A DNA stretch of 64,000 bases. It comes from Moniliella sp. 'wahieum'. Lineage: Eukaryota. Made by a program: the position numbers and the translations under genes. How positions within the stretch are numbered: position 1 is the first letter of the stretch; every line of letters starts with the position of its first letter. The DNA lies in assembly GCA_003971905.1 (NCBI GenBank), contig RSEE01000056.1, positions 1 to 64,000 on the forward strand, in the 5' to 3' direction. The notes under the pieces were generated by a model, which saw only the letters and a list, made by a program, of their open reading frames with translations, was not told the DNA's origin and ran no database searches. Shown here one piece after another: positions 28,500-46,378 of the stretch.

Positions 28500-29556
28500 T
28501 TAGAGCTGGTTGACCGTACCAAGGTCCTCGAACGCCTCAGTCACACGCTTCGACATGGTCTTCTCACCCTCGCGCACCCACACACGCGGGTCATAGTACT
28601 TCTTGTTGGGCTTGTCGGGCCCCTCGGGGTTGCCAACCTGCTGCGAAAGGTAGTCCTTCTTCTTGTTCACATAGTCGCGGATGCCTTCGAGGTACGCATA
28701 CTGCGTGTCCGTGTCCACGTTCATCTTGACCACTCCATTTTGACGGCCGTGTGGATCTCCTCCTTGGTGGAGCCCGAGCCGCCGTGGAAGACGAGGAAGA
28801 CAGGGTTCTCCTTGGTGGAGCCCGTTTGCTTCTTGACGTACTCTTGGTGGTCACGCAAAATGTCAGGGCGGAGCACAACGCTGCCCACCTGGTACGAGCC
28901 GTGGCAGTTACCAAACGCAGCGGCAATGGAAAAGTTGGGCGTGATCTCCGAGAATTCACGGTAAATGTCCCAAATGTCCTCGGGGGCGGTAAAGAGCTTC
29001 TCCTTGGCAGCGCCCTCATTGTTCACACCATCCTCGCCACCCGTGATGCCAAACTCCATCTCAGCCAAATGCCGAGCGGGCCATCTCCTTGAGGTACTTT
29101 TGCACGTATGGATGTTCTCTCCTTCGACTCCTCCGACAAGTCGAGCATGTGCGACGAAAAGAGCGGGATGCCGTTCTGCTTGAAGTAGGCATTGTCCGCC
29201 TCGAGCATACCGTCAAACCACGGCAGCAGCTTCTTGGCACAGTGGTCCGAGGCATAATCACCGGCACGCGTAGCGGGGCAATCTGGCGCACAAAGTGGGC
29301 CGCGCCACCGCCCCCTCAATCGAAGCCTTCTGCTGCTTGTTGTCCACGCCTTGCCGGCCCAGTAGGCAGCGCCACGTTGGACACTTGGATCATACGGGCG
29401 CCTGGAGTCGCGGGCGGCCTCGAGGACAGCGACGGCGGGTGCTGGAAGAGGTGACGTTGAACGCAGGAATGGCAAAGTGGTCACGCGCTAGTCAAGCACC
29501 TTGTACACGTCCTTGCCCTGGACGACACCGGCGGGAACAATATCGAGGATGCCCAT
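28500..29556 (-). CDS. FBA1: Fructose-1,6-bisphosphate aldolase, class II (frameshifted in assembly)
   Basis: MGILDIVPAGVVQGKDVYKV; DHCAKKLLPWFDGMLEAD..PLFSSHMLDLSEE; EMEFGITGGEDGV; FSIAAAFGNCHG; VFHGGSGS; VKMNVDTDTQYAY; GNPEGPDKPNKKYYDPRVWVREGEKTM. Confidence 0.97.
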
Positions 29557-30734
29557 GGTTGTGGTGGTGGGGGTGGGAGGAAGTGGGAGTAGGGGTGGGG
29601 GGGGTGGTGGTGGGGGGAGAAGACGAGCCGAAGACGAGCGAAGCCAGGGCAGAGAGGGGGGTTTTGACTGGGCTGGGGGGCGGTGTGGGAGCGTGGCAGC
29701 GCGCCAGCGAGGGCAGCGCCGTGCGGGAAGCAGGCGCGGGGGCAGGGCGGCGCAAGCGGGCAGCGCCCAGGCGCACGGACCGGACGCACGGAGCCGCCCC
29801 GGGCAGGCGCACACTGCCCCCGCGGCCCCCACGCTGCCCCCAGCCCCCAGCCGAGCCTGGCGGACGGGGGCTGTCTTCCCCGCACGAGCCCACTCTGCGC
29901 TCACAACCGGGCCCAGGCGGACGACATGCGTTCGTGCATCCGCCGCGCGGGCATGGCGCCCGTGTCCCTGCGTGCGCCCGGCGGCTGGGCGGAGCGCGAC
30001 GCTGCCCCCTGCAGAGTGCATGCATGCGGTCTGCGTTCCCTTGCGCCCCATGCTGCATCCATGCGCCACGCCCCGGCTGGCCCCGGCCCGGCTGCCCAGT
30101 CCCGGGCGCGCCGAGGCCGGGGGCAGCCGCAGTGCGGACGGAACGGGTGAAAGCGAGTGCCGGGTCCCGCCCGTGCACGTGACATCCCCGCATCGCCCAT
30201 CTGCGAAGGCCCAATCGACAAGCGACGTATCGATACACAGAACGCACAGCAAAACAACTACCAGTGCTTCTGCACCGTCTCCCATCTATACCACACCCAC
30301 GCCCGGGCAAAGGCCAGCCAGCCCTGGTAGAACTCCATTATACACGGTCATCATCTTCATATACGACCAGGTGCGTCGCAACAAAACGTCCCAGGGGCCC
30401 ATCGACAGAGTGCGTCATAACCGGTACCAGCAAGGCATGATAGACATGCCGCCACCCCGCCTTGCGGGAGCAGGGGTACAAGTACATAGCCTCCCCACTG
30501 CGGTCGGGGCAGATGCGGTTGAGGAGAGGCCAAGTCCAGAGGGGGGCCACGCGCGCGCGGCCCCATCAGGGTCTGGACAGACAGTGTGGGGCAGATACCA
30601 ACCCAAACCGGTGGGGCCTCCGGGCCCCATATCCCATGTCACATGCCACAGCAAGATGCGAGCAAGCACACAAAACACCAGTAAACAAACAAACGCCATC
30701 AACGGTCAACCCCTCTCCATCTTGGACTCTGCAC

Positions 30735-35960
<5,226 letters not shown>

Positions 35961-37332
35961 GACACAGCCAGGACGCGGCGCGGTCCAGTGCCGGCGCAGC
36001 AGAGACGGTGGGGGTGGGGTGGGGGTGGGGGTGGCCGCGGCGGCGTCTGGGGCGGCGGTGGTGGTGCTGGGTGGAGCGGCGGCTGGGCCCCCTGAACGTT
36101 GAACGCGCACGGGAGGACGGAAGCCGGAGTAGCTGAGCTGAGCTAGGCCTAGCCTGCGAGGGCCCAGCAGCCAAGGCCAGCCGCAGCTGCTGCCTGCTGC
36201 CTGGCGCCCAGGCTGCATGCAGCAGGCAGGGCGACGCAGGGGGCAAGTGGTACGTACCAACTCCGACACCCAGTGCGCGGGCAGTGTGGTCCCACACTGC
36301 CACTGCGCGAGGCGTGCCAGCCCGCCTGCTGGGAGGCTGCCGCAGGTGGCGGGCGGCATGCCGATGCGGGATGGCCGGTGAGCTGGGATCTGCGATGCAT
36401 GATCCAGATGCGGGATGCAAGGGTTAGTGCGGCGGATGCAGCAAATGCAGCAGCATAGTCAGCCTGACTGCTGTGCAGTGCTCGCCTGCGTTCGCCGGCG
36501 CATGGCACATGCGAATGTAATAGGGGTGACGGTGACCGGTGACTGCCACGCCGGATGCTGCAGGCACTGGCACACACCACCTCCTGGCCGCCGTTTTCTG
36601 TCACATGTCACATGTCACATGGTCACACACGTCTGCATGTCACAGCCCACGTGACTTGGCGCTCATCAATCATCTCGATCGATCATCGGTGCAAGTTCTG
36701 CGGCAGAATACCTGGGCTCGCACTCTCTGTGACACCCTCCACACGGACACACGTATGCCATCTAGACCGGTTGGACGCCGTCGCAAGTAGACAACCACAC
36801 CCAAAGCCATCGTAGTAGAGCCCTAGCGGAACTAGTGGCTAGTGAGTTATTGGGGAGAAAAGACAACAGAAAACGAAACCCGAAATCCAGGATTCCTCTG
36901 TGTGGATGTACTGGCTGCCATTTTCGCCTGCAATTGAAAGAGGCAATTTCGAACGGTGGTTTGTACGCGTGCACATTGAATAGTGATTGCAAACCACCCC
37001 AACTCTGGGCCTACAGGAGGACATGGGACAGCTGCCCACCACATGCTTAAGGGAATAGAGTACTGAGTGAGGTCACCCGATCACTTAGTAGTCACAGTAT
37101 CCACTGAGCCCAGTAATACTGAGGATACTCGGAGGGTGGGACACACTGGGAGAGAGAGCAAGGATTAGTGATCGACTGTGCCCGCAACGAATATACCCAA
37201 GCGGTGACAGGTGAAATCTGAGATCTGAGGCTCAGATCTGAGAATCTGAGAACGACGTTTCCTGAAAATACTCCCGGCGATCAGCTCGATCAGCCTACAG
37301 AGTGGGTCTAGGGTATCAAGAAAGGATGCTTT

Positions 37333-38256
37333 TCAAGACTGAGTCTGCTCCTCGGTCCATGCCTCAACTCTCACCCCCATCTCACCCGGACGCTTATGGA
37401 CGGCATAACGGGTAATGGCAAAGGAGGCGAACGCCTGTGCGGCCACCGCCGTGGCTTGCCGATGAGCGGGGAGTCGCGAGGCAGCACGGGCCGATGCCCG
37501 GTCGGTCCAAATACAAGTAGCTAAGTTCTCCCCTTGATCAGTTGGAACTGCGTACCAGTACAAGATCAACCCCCCTGCCTCGACCGCTTCTTCGTGCGCT
37601 GCCCGGTCGGCGGCGTACAACTGCGCCGTCACTTTGGCTGCGGTGACAGCCTCGAGTGCGTCCTCCTGATTGATGGTGGATAAGGGGGAACGAGAACGGG
37701 CAGAACGGAAAGCCACACCATACCATGTTCCCTCTGCTTCTGGCGGAAGTCGCAACTGACTCCAATTGAATGAGCGGCGGAGATGGTCGAGCGTGCTGGT
37801 TCCGTTCGTATCTGGTGCAAGGGACTTCCAAAATCCTGCGGCAACCTGGTTGGGGGGGACGATGGGACGGAATGCGTGAAGCGCCTGCCACAAGGCATGT
37901 GTCGCTTGAGCATGGGTCGGTCCAGGTGGGGTAAGCGAGACCGGGTGTACAACACGCCTTGCCTGGAACGATGGATGAGGTAGCCTTGAGGCTGCACAGC
38001 AATGTGCCCCCAACTCTTCCTTATTGGTGTAAAGATCTCCTCGTCACTAGGCGCAGTAGTGTCCGTTGATTCCTCAGGCTCCGACTCGTACCCTTCTTCT
38101 TTCGGCCCACCCGCCCCCTTGGTACCCCCATGGGAGCCGGGCAAGGATCGGTTTGGGCGTCTCATCAAGGACAGCTTCGAGAAAAGGCGGGTTCACACTC
38201 CCATTCGAGTAGCCCTTGGGAATGCCATCCGCGTCGGCCAGGACAGAAAGGTGCAT
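37333..38256 (-). CDS. Conserved fungal protein, UPF0643-like
   Basis: RRSFNWSQL, WYGVAFRS, LYAADRAAHEEAVEAGGLILYWY, GENLATCIWTDRASARAASRLPAHRQA; the start probably lies at 38256 across frameshifts. Confidence 0.7.
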
Positions 38257-39933
38257 GTTGTGGGTAATACAAGTCTTGGTGGTGGCGATGCAAAAGGTGA
38301 GAAGTGTTCAATGGTCCAACGTGGGATTTGAATGGCGAAATAAGGGGGCTACTATATAAAAGGGATGTCCAGTGCTTGGGAAGAAACTCCTTATCAGCAC
38401 CGCTACTCGATGAGTTGGTAACAGCGTGAGGCTACCTTCTTTCAAACATATAATGGTCTAGTAGTACTATCGTGGCGTGTCAACTACCGGATGCCAAGAT
38501 GCCGTGCTCGCTGAACGTATGAACGTATACCTCGTATACCTATGCGGATCTGAGAGTTCGGGAGCTCTCCCGCTTGTCTGTGGGGCTTCCAAGGCCACCC
38601 CCAAATGGTGAGGTTCTCTTGGGGGCACGCGACATCCAGCCACACGATATTCTCACTGTCTCGGTCTAATTTGCACCGGTACAGCAGGCAGTGCCCCCGT
38701 GCCACATCCAATAATGTAGCGAGCACGTCGAGCACTCGTATCGGTTTCGTCACGTGCGTCAGATGCGCCATCGTTAAACGTTAATCGTTAATCGTCGTGT
38801 CCATGTCATGCATGCATCATGCATGTTAGGAGTGGTGGCGTGCCGGGGCGCCCGGGCAGAGGAGCCTGGGAAAGTTGCATTGCGATGTTACTGAATGTTG
38901 AACGGACGCTACGTGTTCAGCTGACCAGTAGTGATATTGACTTGGTTTACGCGCTTACTTACGTTCACTAGTCGCTAGTCAGTAGTGACTAGCTTTCTTT
39001 AGCGCTTAGATGCCGCCGCGTCTCCTTCGCGTGTTCTGCAATGCAGAGCAGGACACGTTATGAGCACGTCTTCCGACCAAGGGAGTGATGATGAAACGTT
39101 CAAAACCTCGATGTCGGTCGCATTAAACCCTCTCAAAACAAAGGGACAGAGGAAAACGCTTGCCCACCGACCTGGTGGGGCTCATCTGGCGTTTGCTCTA
39201 GCTCGCCCACCGCCTGATTCGTCTCCATATCAGATGCAGCGCGAGTGGATCAGTATATGCGGTAGTCGACTGCAGTGTAGATGAAAACCACCTCTAAGAT
39301 GTATACACCACAGCGAGAGATGCTCCCCATCCCGTTCTCTCTCACTATATGTCAATAACTAGGTGTATTTCCCTCCACATAGCCAAGCAGGTTCTTTCTC
39401 TTCTCTCTCTCGAGAAAGTTGAGGTGTTTCTCATACAATAAAAGATTGCGCAATGCAACAATTAAAGTCTCTCGAGGGATTTTCAGTCTTTTTCCTGACT
39501 GGTCTCGGTCTACCGAAGCAACATATGTCGCGAAACTGTGGTGTAATCTACCTCTCCCTTTTGAAGACGGTTCTCTCTTTCTAGCACAGTGTGACAGAAG
39601 CGGGGTAAAGTTATACTAAGTGCTCTATCCTGGCAGCCCTGCTCATTCTGTTTCCTGATAATACGCTAAAATGTGTTCTAGCTGCAAATGATCGCCCTCC
39701 AAATGATATATAGACACTTCTGCTGTAGGCCAGCAATGCCTACCGGTCTGTTCTTGACAGCTGAGAAAGAACCTTCAACTACTTCATCATTGTGGAAATG
39801 TCCCCCAACCAGTAAAAGCCTTGCAAATTCCGGGACTACATTACATTGTGTGAGGAAGCACGACATCATTTTCATTGACAATACGAGAAGGGGTGTATTG
39901 GAAAACATAGGTTTTCGTATAGGGTGAGCCAGT

Positions 39934-41089
39934 TTACTTGTCGACATCGAGGACAATACGGCCGGCCAGCTTGCCCTCGTGCATCTCGGCGTACACCTCG
40001 TTGAGCTGAGACAGGCCACGGGTGTGGTAAATGACCTTAACCTTACCCCGCTCGGCAAGACGGAGAGCTTCGATGGCATCTTCCCGGTTGCCCACGATGG
40101 AACCGACGATCCGCTTGGCAGTGACGGTCGTGTCGAACACATCAGCCTTGATGAAGGTGCCGGGAGGCATGCCGACGGCGACCAAGGTGCCGCGCGGGCG
40201 TAGGTAGGCCAAACCTTGCGTGTAAGCCGCTTCCGACGCAGCAGCCACGACGGAAGCGTGGGCACCGAGCCCGCCAGTGATCCGCTTCACCTCAGCCACA
40301 ATATCCTTGCATTCGCGGAAGTCAATCCACGCATCAGCCCCGAGCTGCTCCACCAGCGCCTTCTTCTCGGCGCCCGTGTCAATCCCAATCACGCGGAAGC
40401 CCATCGCGGCAGCGTACTGCACACCCAAGTGGCCCAGTCCTCCACCGGCACCGGGCAGGACAACCCAGTCGCCGACGGCCAAGTGGGCCTCGAGAAGAGC
40501 ACGGTAGATTGTCACGCCAGCGCATAGGATGGGCGCAGCGTCAATCAGAGCAAGAGAGTCGGGGATGGGCGTGACGTACTTGGCCGGCGCCACAACGTAC
40601 TGCTGGAATGTGCCATCGACCGTGTACCCCGAGTTCTCGAGGTGAATGCAGTTTGGCTCAAAGCCCACGCGGCAGTAGTCGCAGTTAAGGCAGGCCGAGG
40701 CGACCCACTTGATGCCCACACGAGCTCCCTTTTGGATCCACTCTTCCGAGCCCGTGCCAAGTTTGACCACTACACCTGCGCCCTCGTGGCCGCCGACCAG
40801 CGGCTCTCCCGTCGCTTCGAGTTTGGTAGGCAAGGGCCAGTCGCCGAGCATGGCATGCAAGTCACTAATATCCATGTTAGCTCGTATTCCTCAGAGGACC
40901 TGGATAAGAAGAAAGGACGTACGTGTGGCAGACACCAGTGTAGGTAATGCGCACCAGCACCTCGCCTGGCTTGAGCTCAATCTTGCTGGGGTCGTACGTG
41001 ACGAACTTGATGGGACCACCGACTTTGTCAAAGACAGCCTTGGTAGCCGAGGTGGGGACCTCGAGCTGCTGCTCGCGAATGTCGGCCAT
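39934..41089 (-). CDS. ADH1: Zinc-dependent alcohol dehydrogenase (fungal ADH1 type)
   Basis: Exon 1 MADIREQQLEVP...YTGVCHT, a GTACGT...GCTAAC...TAG intron, then DLHAMLGDWP, GGHEGAGVV, structural Zn CLNCDYCRVGFEPNC, AAPILCAGVT, GAGGGLGHLGVQYA and GRIVLD. Confidence 0.95.
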
Positions 41090-41187
41090 GGTGAAAAAGG
41101 TTGGAAAGGGAAAGGGAAAGTAGTGGTGGAAGAGGAGGTAGCAAAGCTGCTGGGAAGAGAGAGGATAGCGAGGATGGAAACGTCGCG

Positions 41188-41198
41188 ATATATATATA
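41188..41198 (-). promoter_or_regulatory. Candidate TATA box of the ADH gene
   Basis: TATATATATAT about 100 nt upstream of the ADH ATG, in GC-rich surroundings. Confidence 0.55.
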
Positions 41199-42564
41199 GA
41201 GCAAGCAACAGAACCCAGCCGGTTAGATGATGGGTCCGTGCGTAGGCACGCACCATTTTGTCTCAATGTCAACCACACTGCTGTCTTCAAGCTTCATCCA
41301 TTCGTGCGGTGTGGTGGGCAGAGGGACGGCGAGATGATGTAATGCGACACCTCTGAAAAGATCTGATGCCGAGGGATCTGAGGCCTGTGAGCCTGAGGTC
41401 TGAATGTGAAGCCTGCGGGAGAGTGGCCCAATTTGATGAGACAGAGCAAGTGCTTGTTGCGGTCGGACTCGGCCTCCGTCTCTGTCGGCGCTGCTGGATG
41501 TATCGATGCCAAGGGACCAGGCACAGGGCGGGACAACGGCAGGAGGGGAAGGTTCCAAGATTAATGAGGCAAGAATGCATGAGGGAAGGATGATGCCCAT
41601 GCGCTCATATCCCACCAGGCAAACCGTGTGCCGGGCTCAGATCCAAACCATAGATGCGCAATGCACACTGCCGATAGTATCCTGACAGTATTGGGAGGCT
41701 GAGACTTCCTGCCTGAGGGCTTGAGGCTCCGAAACCGAGGAATAGCCTGGAACAGCACCTGGATAGCTGCCGCCCACAGCCCACAGCCCACATGGCTCAA
41801 GCTCAAGCTTGACCTTCCAGTTGAAGGCGCAAGAAGCGCTCAAGCGGCGCCCAGCGCTCAAGTCGCCGTCCGGCACCGAGGCAGAAGTGACAAGTGACAC
41901 CGCGATGTCGTCTCTGAAATCGGAGCATCCACGAATGGGACCAGACCTGGCACACAACAGAGTGCCCCCGTGCTCCCAAAATCAGCTAAGGGACCTGGAC
42001 AGTCCGTCGGTTTGATTGATCGATGATCTGAGATCTGATCAGTGATTGATGATCCTTAGTGGCTCCATTTTTGAAACGCTTAGCGCTTAGCGGCTCAGCG
42101 CTTATACGCCGGCTGCTTGACATGTGACATGCACATGGCTCTAGCCAAGCCAGGGCCATAATAGCCTCTGATCTGAGCGTGGCTAGCGCGCTGGCGTGCC
42201 CGCAGGGACATTGGCGCAGCAGTGCATGTCATGCTTGTCATGCCCGTGTCCGGCAACAGTACGGAGGATCTGAAACTCATCGTACTCATCAGAATCAGAT
42301 CTCAGAGTTGAATATTGAATCAGAGTTGAACGTTGAAAGACGCCGATGATCGATAGTCGATGACGATGATCTCCGCAGCCTACACGTGTATACACATAAC
42401 TTGATTGTGTGTTTTGAACCCCTCTCTCTCCTCCAGATGCAAGGGAGGCAGCTTGAAGCTGAAGTTGATCTCAACCAACACCACCATCTCGCCATAGCAT
42501 TGCCCTACTCTTTGTAGCGACTCACCACCCAATATACCTTCGGGTTCCTGCGGGCTTTTGCAAG

Positions 42565-42588
42565 AAAAAAAAAAAAAAAAAAAAAAAA
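42565..42588 (+). repeat. Poly(A) tract
   Basis: Run of about 24 A in the ADH / makorin divergent intergenic region. Confidence 0.9.
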
Positions 42589-43417
42589 CGCACCACACAC
42601 GGTCAACGTTCCCGCGTGTGTTGGCGACCCCGACCCCGCGATAAGCGTAGCTACTAGTGATTCTATAGCGGCAACATGGGCAATGAAGATGGGGTATCGA
42701 GAGAGCGACTGGTGGCTGGTCCCGCAGACCTTCCATGAGACGGTGTTGAACCACCGGGTGGCTTGTGCTTTGGCCAACGTCCCATGTGAGTTCCTCCTCA
42801 GGCCTAGGAGTTCATCCGTTGTTTTCTTTCTCTTTCTGTTTTCCTTGTTCCGCAGCTTAGGCCCTGCTGGTGGCGAATCGCTGCTTGATGTTCCTCCGTA
42901 GTCATTGCTGGTTGGCTTAGACCATCATCTCCACCAGTGCGGTTGCATCACCATCGAGGACCATCCGGACTCCAGGTCTCATCAGACCGGAGCCACGTGG
43001 CATATAACAAAGGCAGATGTGAGAGGCCAGAGATGTTTGGACCACTAGTGTGGTTTATGCCCACACAGTAAAAATGGTGGCCACCTTTTGTTCACAGTAG
43101 GTGCCGACCGCAACCATCGAATCCACGTCCTCTGTGGTAGGATTGGAACGAATGATAATCTGATGTCAGACTTGATGTATCTCTCTCGAGAATGTAGATT
43201 TTTGGTCGACTGTTTGGTCGACTGTGGATATATGTGAACTTTTGATTTCCCGGCCGTCCGTGCGGGAGGAGGGGGCCTCAATATGTGCTAAGGTGTGTAC
43301 TTGCCGCCTGCGCGAGGCACTCCTACTACTGATCCTTGCTCGCCCTATTGCACTCTAGCAATCGCCCTCTGCTTTTGCCATGATGCCTTCGAGCCCACCC
43401 CTGCTTCTTGATACATC

Positions 43418-44973
43418 ATGCCCCGACCCCGGTGTCAGCTTCATTGGCTTGCCTTCCCTCACGCTGCACCACAGGCCTTTTGCATGGAAAACAAGTCCAT
43501 CCTCTCCACCGTCCAAGTAGACGAGAGTGAGCAGGATGGTTCCAAAGATGGAAGCGAAGACGGAGGGGTTGCACTAGGCACTTTTGTCAAACCCCCACTT
43601 GAGTCTTACGCCCAGGCTGCCTCGTCCATTGCTTATCCTCAGCAGTACAACCCCCCTATGAGTACATGGGAGCTGTCTCAAGCTCAAGCTCAGCGGCACG
43701 ATGACGGAAACACGGACTCTTCCTGCTACTCCCACGGACAAGACGCTATGATTGCGCACAAGCCTCAGTCAGACTTGATTAACCCAGATCATGACTCTCC
43801 TCTGGCCAACGACTCTCCTCTATCGGAGCAAACCTTAGACCTTTCTTTGCCTCGGCCAGCTTGCTCTATTTGTGCAGAGGTTCCCCAGGCGTATGATGGT
43901 CTGCTACAAAATTGCAACCACTCTGTGTCTCATGCTTGCGTCAATGGCGGCAACAGGGTACCACGCCAGATCAAGACGAATTAACGAGCAACTTTAAGTG
44001 CTGCCCCATGTGTCGCACCCCATCCCTGCTCTGCATCCGTTCGCTTAACTTTGTCACGGGCACTGCCAAGAGGGCGTAAATTGACGAAGTGATGGCACCT
44101 AGGAAAGAAGTTCCTTGCCGTTATTTCGTCAAGTCACTCTCCATACTTCTCAAGGACCGTTTTGCCCTTTTGGTGACGAATGTTTTTATCTCCACAACAT
44201 GGGGCCTGGGCAGTTCCGATTTGGCGTGGGTGCCGAACATATGCAAGCCAAATCATAGGCCCGAAAAAGGGCAGCAGCCTACCGCTCCCATCCCCCTTCT
44301 GAGGACGAAGAGTCGGACACTGAGCCGGTGTCATCCCATAATCCTCCGTCCCTTCTTGTACAGGTCCTCGACGCTCTGGCTCAATTGGACGGGCACGGAC
44401 TCGGTTTGGCGGATCGGGCCTCGGATTAACGCCGATGACCCCGACACGCTCCACGTCTTCCACTGGATCGTTGCATGGGGCTCCTGTAATACCAGGTCAA
44501 CCGCTATCCCGTCGAAGTGCTTCGTTTGGGGTATTGACCATCGTACCGCCCAGCCCTAGTTCCACTTCTTCCTCGTTGTCTTCCTCGGGTAAGACGGAGC
44601 GGCATGGGTCGATTGCTGCTGCTGCGGCAGCGGCTCGACGACAGAGAGAGTCGCGGGCAGCTTCAATGTCGGAGGGTGGGACTCACTCCCTTCCTACCGG
44701 ACTAACACTTTTATCGTCTATGGGTGCTGTCTCGAGATCGGCAGCTACGGGCTTACGTACCGTCGAAGCTCCTTGTCACCCGCAGCAGCAGCAGCAGCGG
44801 CCGCTGCTTTCACCCGCTCTGACCTGCCCAAGGACGCGCGTGCTATGGTGCGGAGCATGCGATTTGAATGCTCTCCGAGTTGGCCGCACCGCTTTCCTCA
44901 GCCGTTGACTCGGATTTGGACTGCTCGCAACCTGCATCCCCCATTCCTGCTACCCTCCAGACTTGATCATTAA
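43418..44973 (+). CDS. Makorin-like RING finger / CCCH zinc finger E3 ligase (frameshifted; both ends uncertain)
   Basis: CSICAEVPQAYDGLLQNCNH...CCPMCRTPS (C3HC4 RING), followed by KEVPCRYF...CPFGDECFYLH (CCCH), the makorin C-terminal arrangement. Confidence 0.75.
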
Positions 44974-46378
44974 TACCTAGCGAAGAGTTTCACTGATGTG
45001 TTCCCATGTCGCGTCTGCTTTCCCCCTCCCATTTCGTCTATACCCTCTTTTGTGCCCACGCACTGCTTCGGGTGCGTTTTCCTGCCGCTGGATGGTTACC
45101 TGACGCGCTTGACGAGGGACACCTTTTCTGTTTTTTGGTTCCCATCGCTGTCCCGCTTGGTCTGTATTTTCTCTGTTCGCCCATCCGGCCCTTCCTGCCT
45201 GTCATGCATGATGTGTCTCGTCTTTGTCTTCGAAACACATGTTGGGACACCGCACTATATATTCACTGAGTGCACTGCGGGACCCTAACGTTCCCCGCTT
45301 CCCCGCCACTTCCATTCGCTGACTCCACCTGGGCGGAAGTCTGGCATCTGATGCTATTACCTCCCAGGATGAGTGGCAGCTAATGATTATCGCCCAGGAG
45401 GAGCTCACAGAGCAGCAAATGGAAATACTGGTCGAAAGAAATCAAATCGCCAAGGGAGGCGGCGGTGGCGAATCCAAGTCATCGCATGGAGTCGGACACG
45501 CCATGTTAGAAAAACATCACACGCACACCACGCATGATGCATGATGCATGATGTCACTTCACCTCGGGCAACAGCGCTTGTGGCCGCAAATGTTAATGAC
45601 AAGAAGTCAACAGATGCGCCTTCTGTAAGCGTCGGATGAGATATGAGATAGCTTCGTCTTCATACCCTTCCCACTCCCTTCCACTCCCTCCTCCTCGCCG
45701 CTTCTCTCTACTTGGGCTCCATTACCAATCAATCCCTATTGATCATCTGATCCGACCGGCTGACCTCCTTGCTCTTGAGCTCGATTATCGCTTGGCATCG
45801 GGGCCTGCTCGTATCATATATCACACAAGGAGGACCACCGGGCCTATGGCCCGGTCATCTGGGGCTTCGCCCCAGCTGCCGTTCCCCCTTCGCCACCGTA
45901 GCCACCGTTCCACGCTGGAGAGGGAACATAATATCACCGATGCATGCGGGTGGGCAGGAACGTGGCACCGGTCAGGGAACGTGACACCGGTCGCTGATGT
46001 AAAAGCGTGCAGATCGGGGATTCGCAATATTATTTAGGTCTAGACGTAGCGTTCCCCCTGTCCCAGCCTTAAGCTCTGTCAATGAATGGACGTGATCTAG
46101 AGATATCACCCGCTTGGCGCAAAGACGAGCGTGAAATTGAAACTGCAGGCCGTGTGGCTCGCGCCTGCGCACTGTCTCTGATCATGGCCTGCGCATTGAC
46201 CTGATCGTTGAATTGAACATTGGACATTGAACATGAACGTCCAACTGAACGTTCACCAGACCGCCTTGCCCCAACCTCCGCGCTTCAGCGCCTCAACGCC
46301 ACGCCACCCTCGGCGCCACCACTCGACCGCCCGCCGCCGCTTCTTTCCCTCCTGCCCATTCCCAACGGCTTCGCAGCC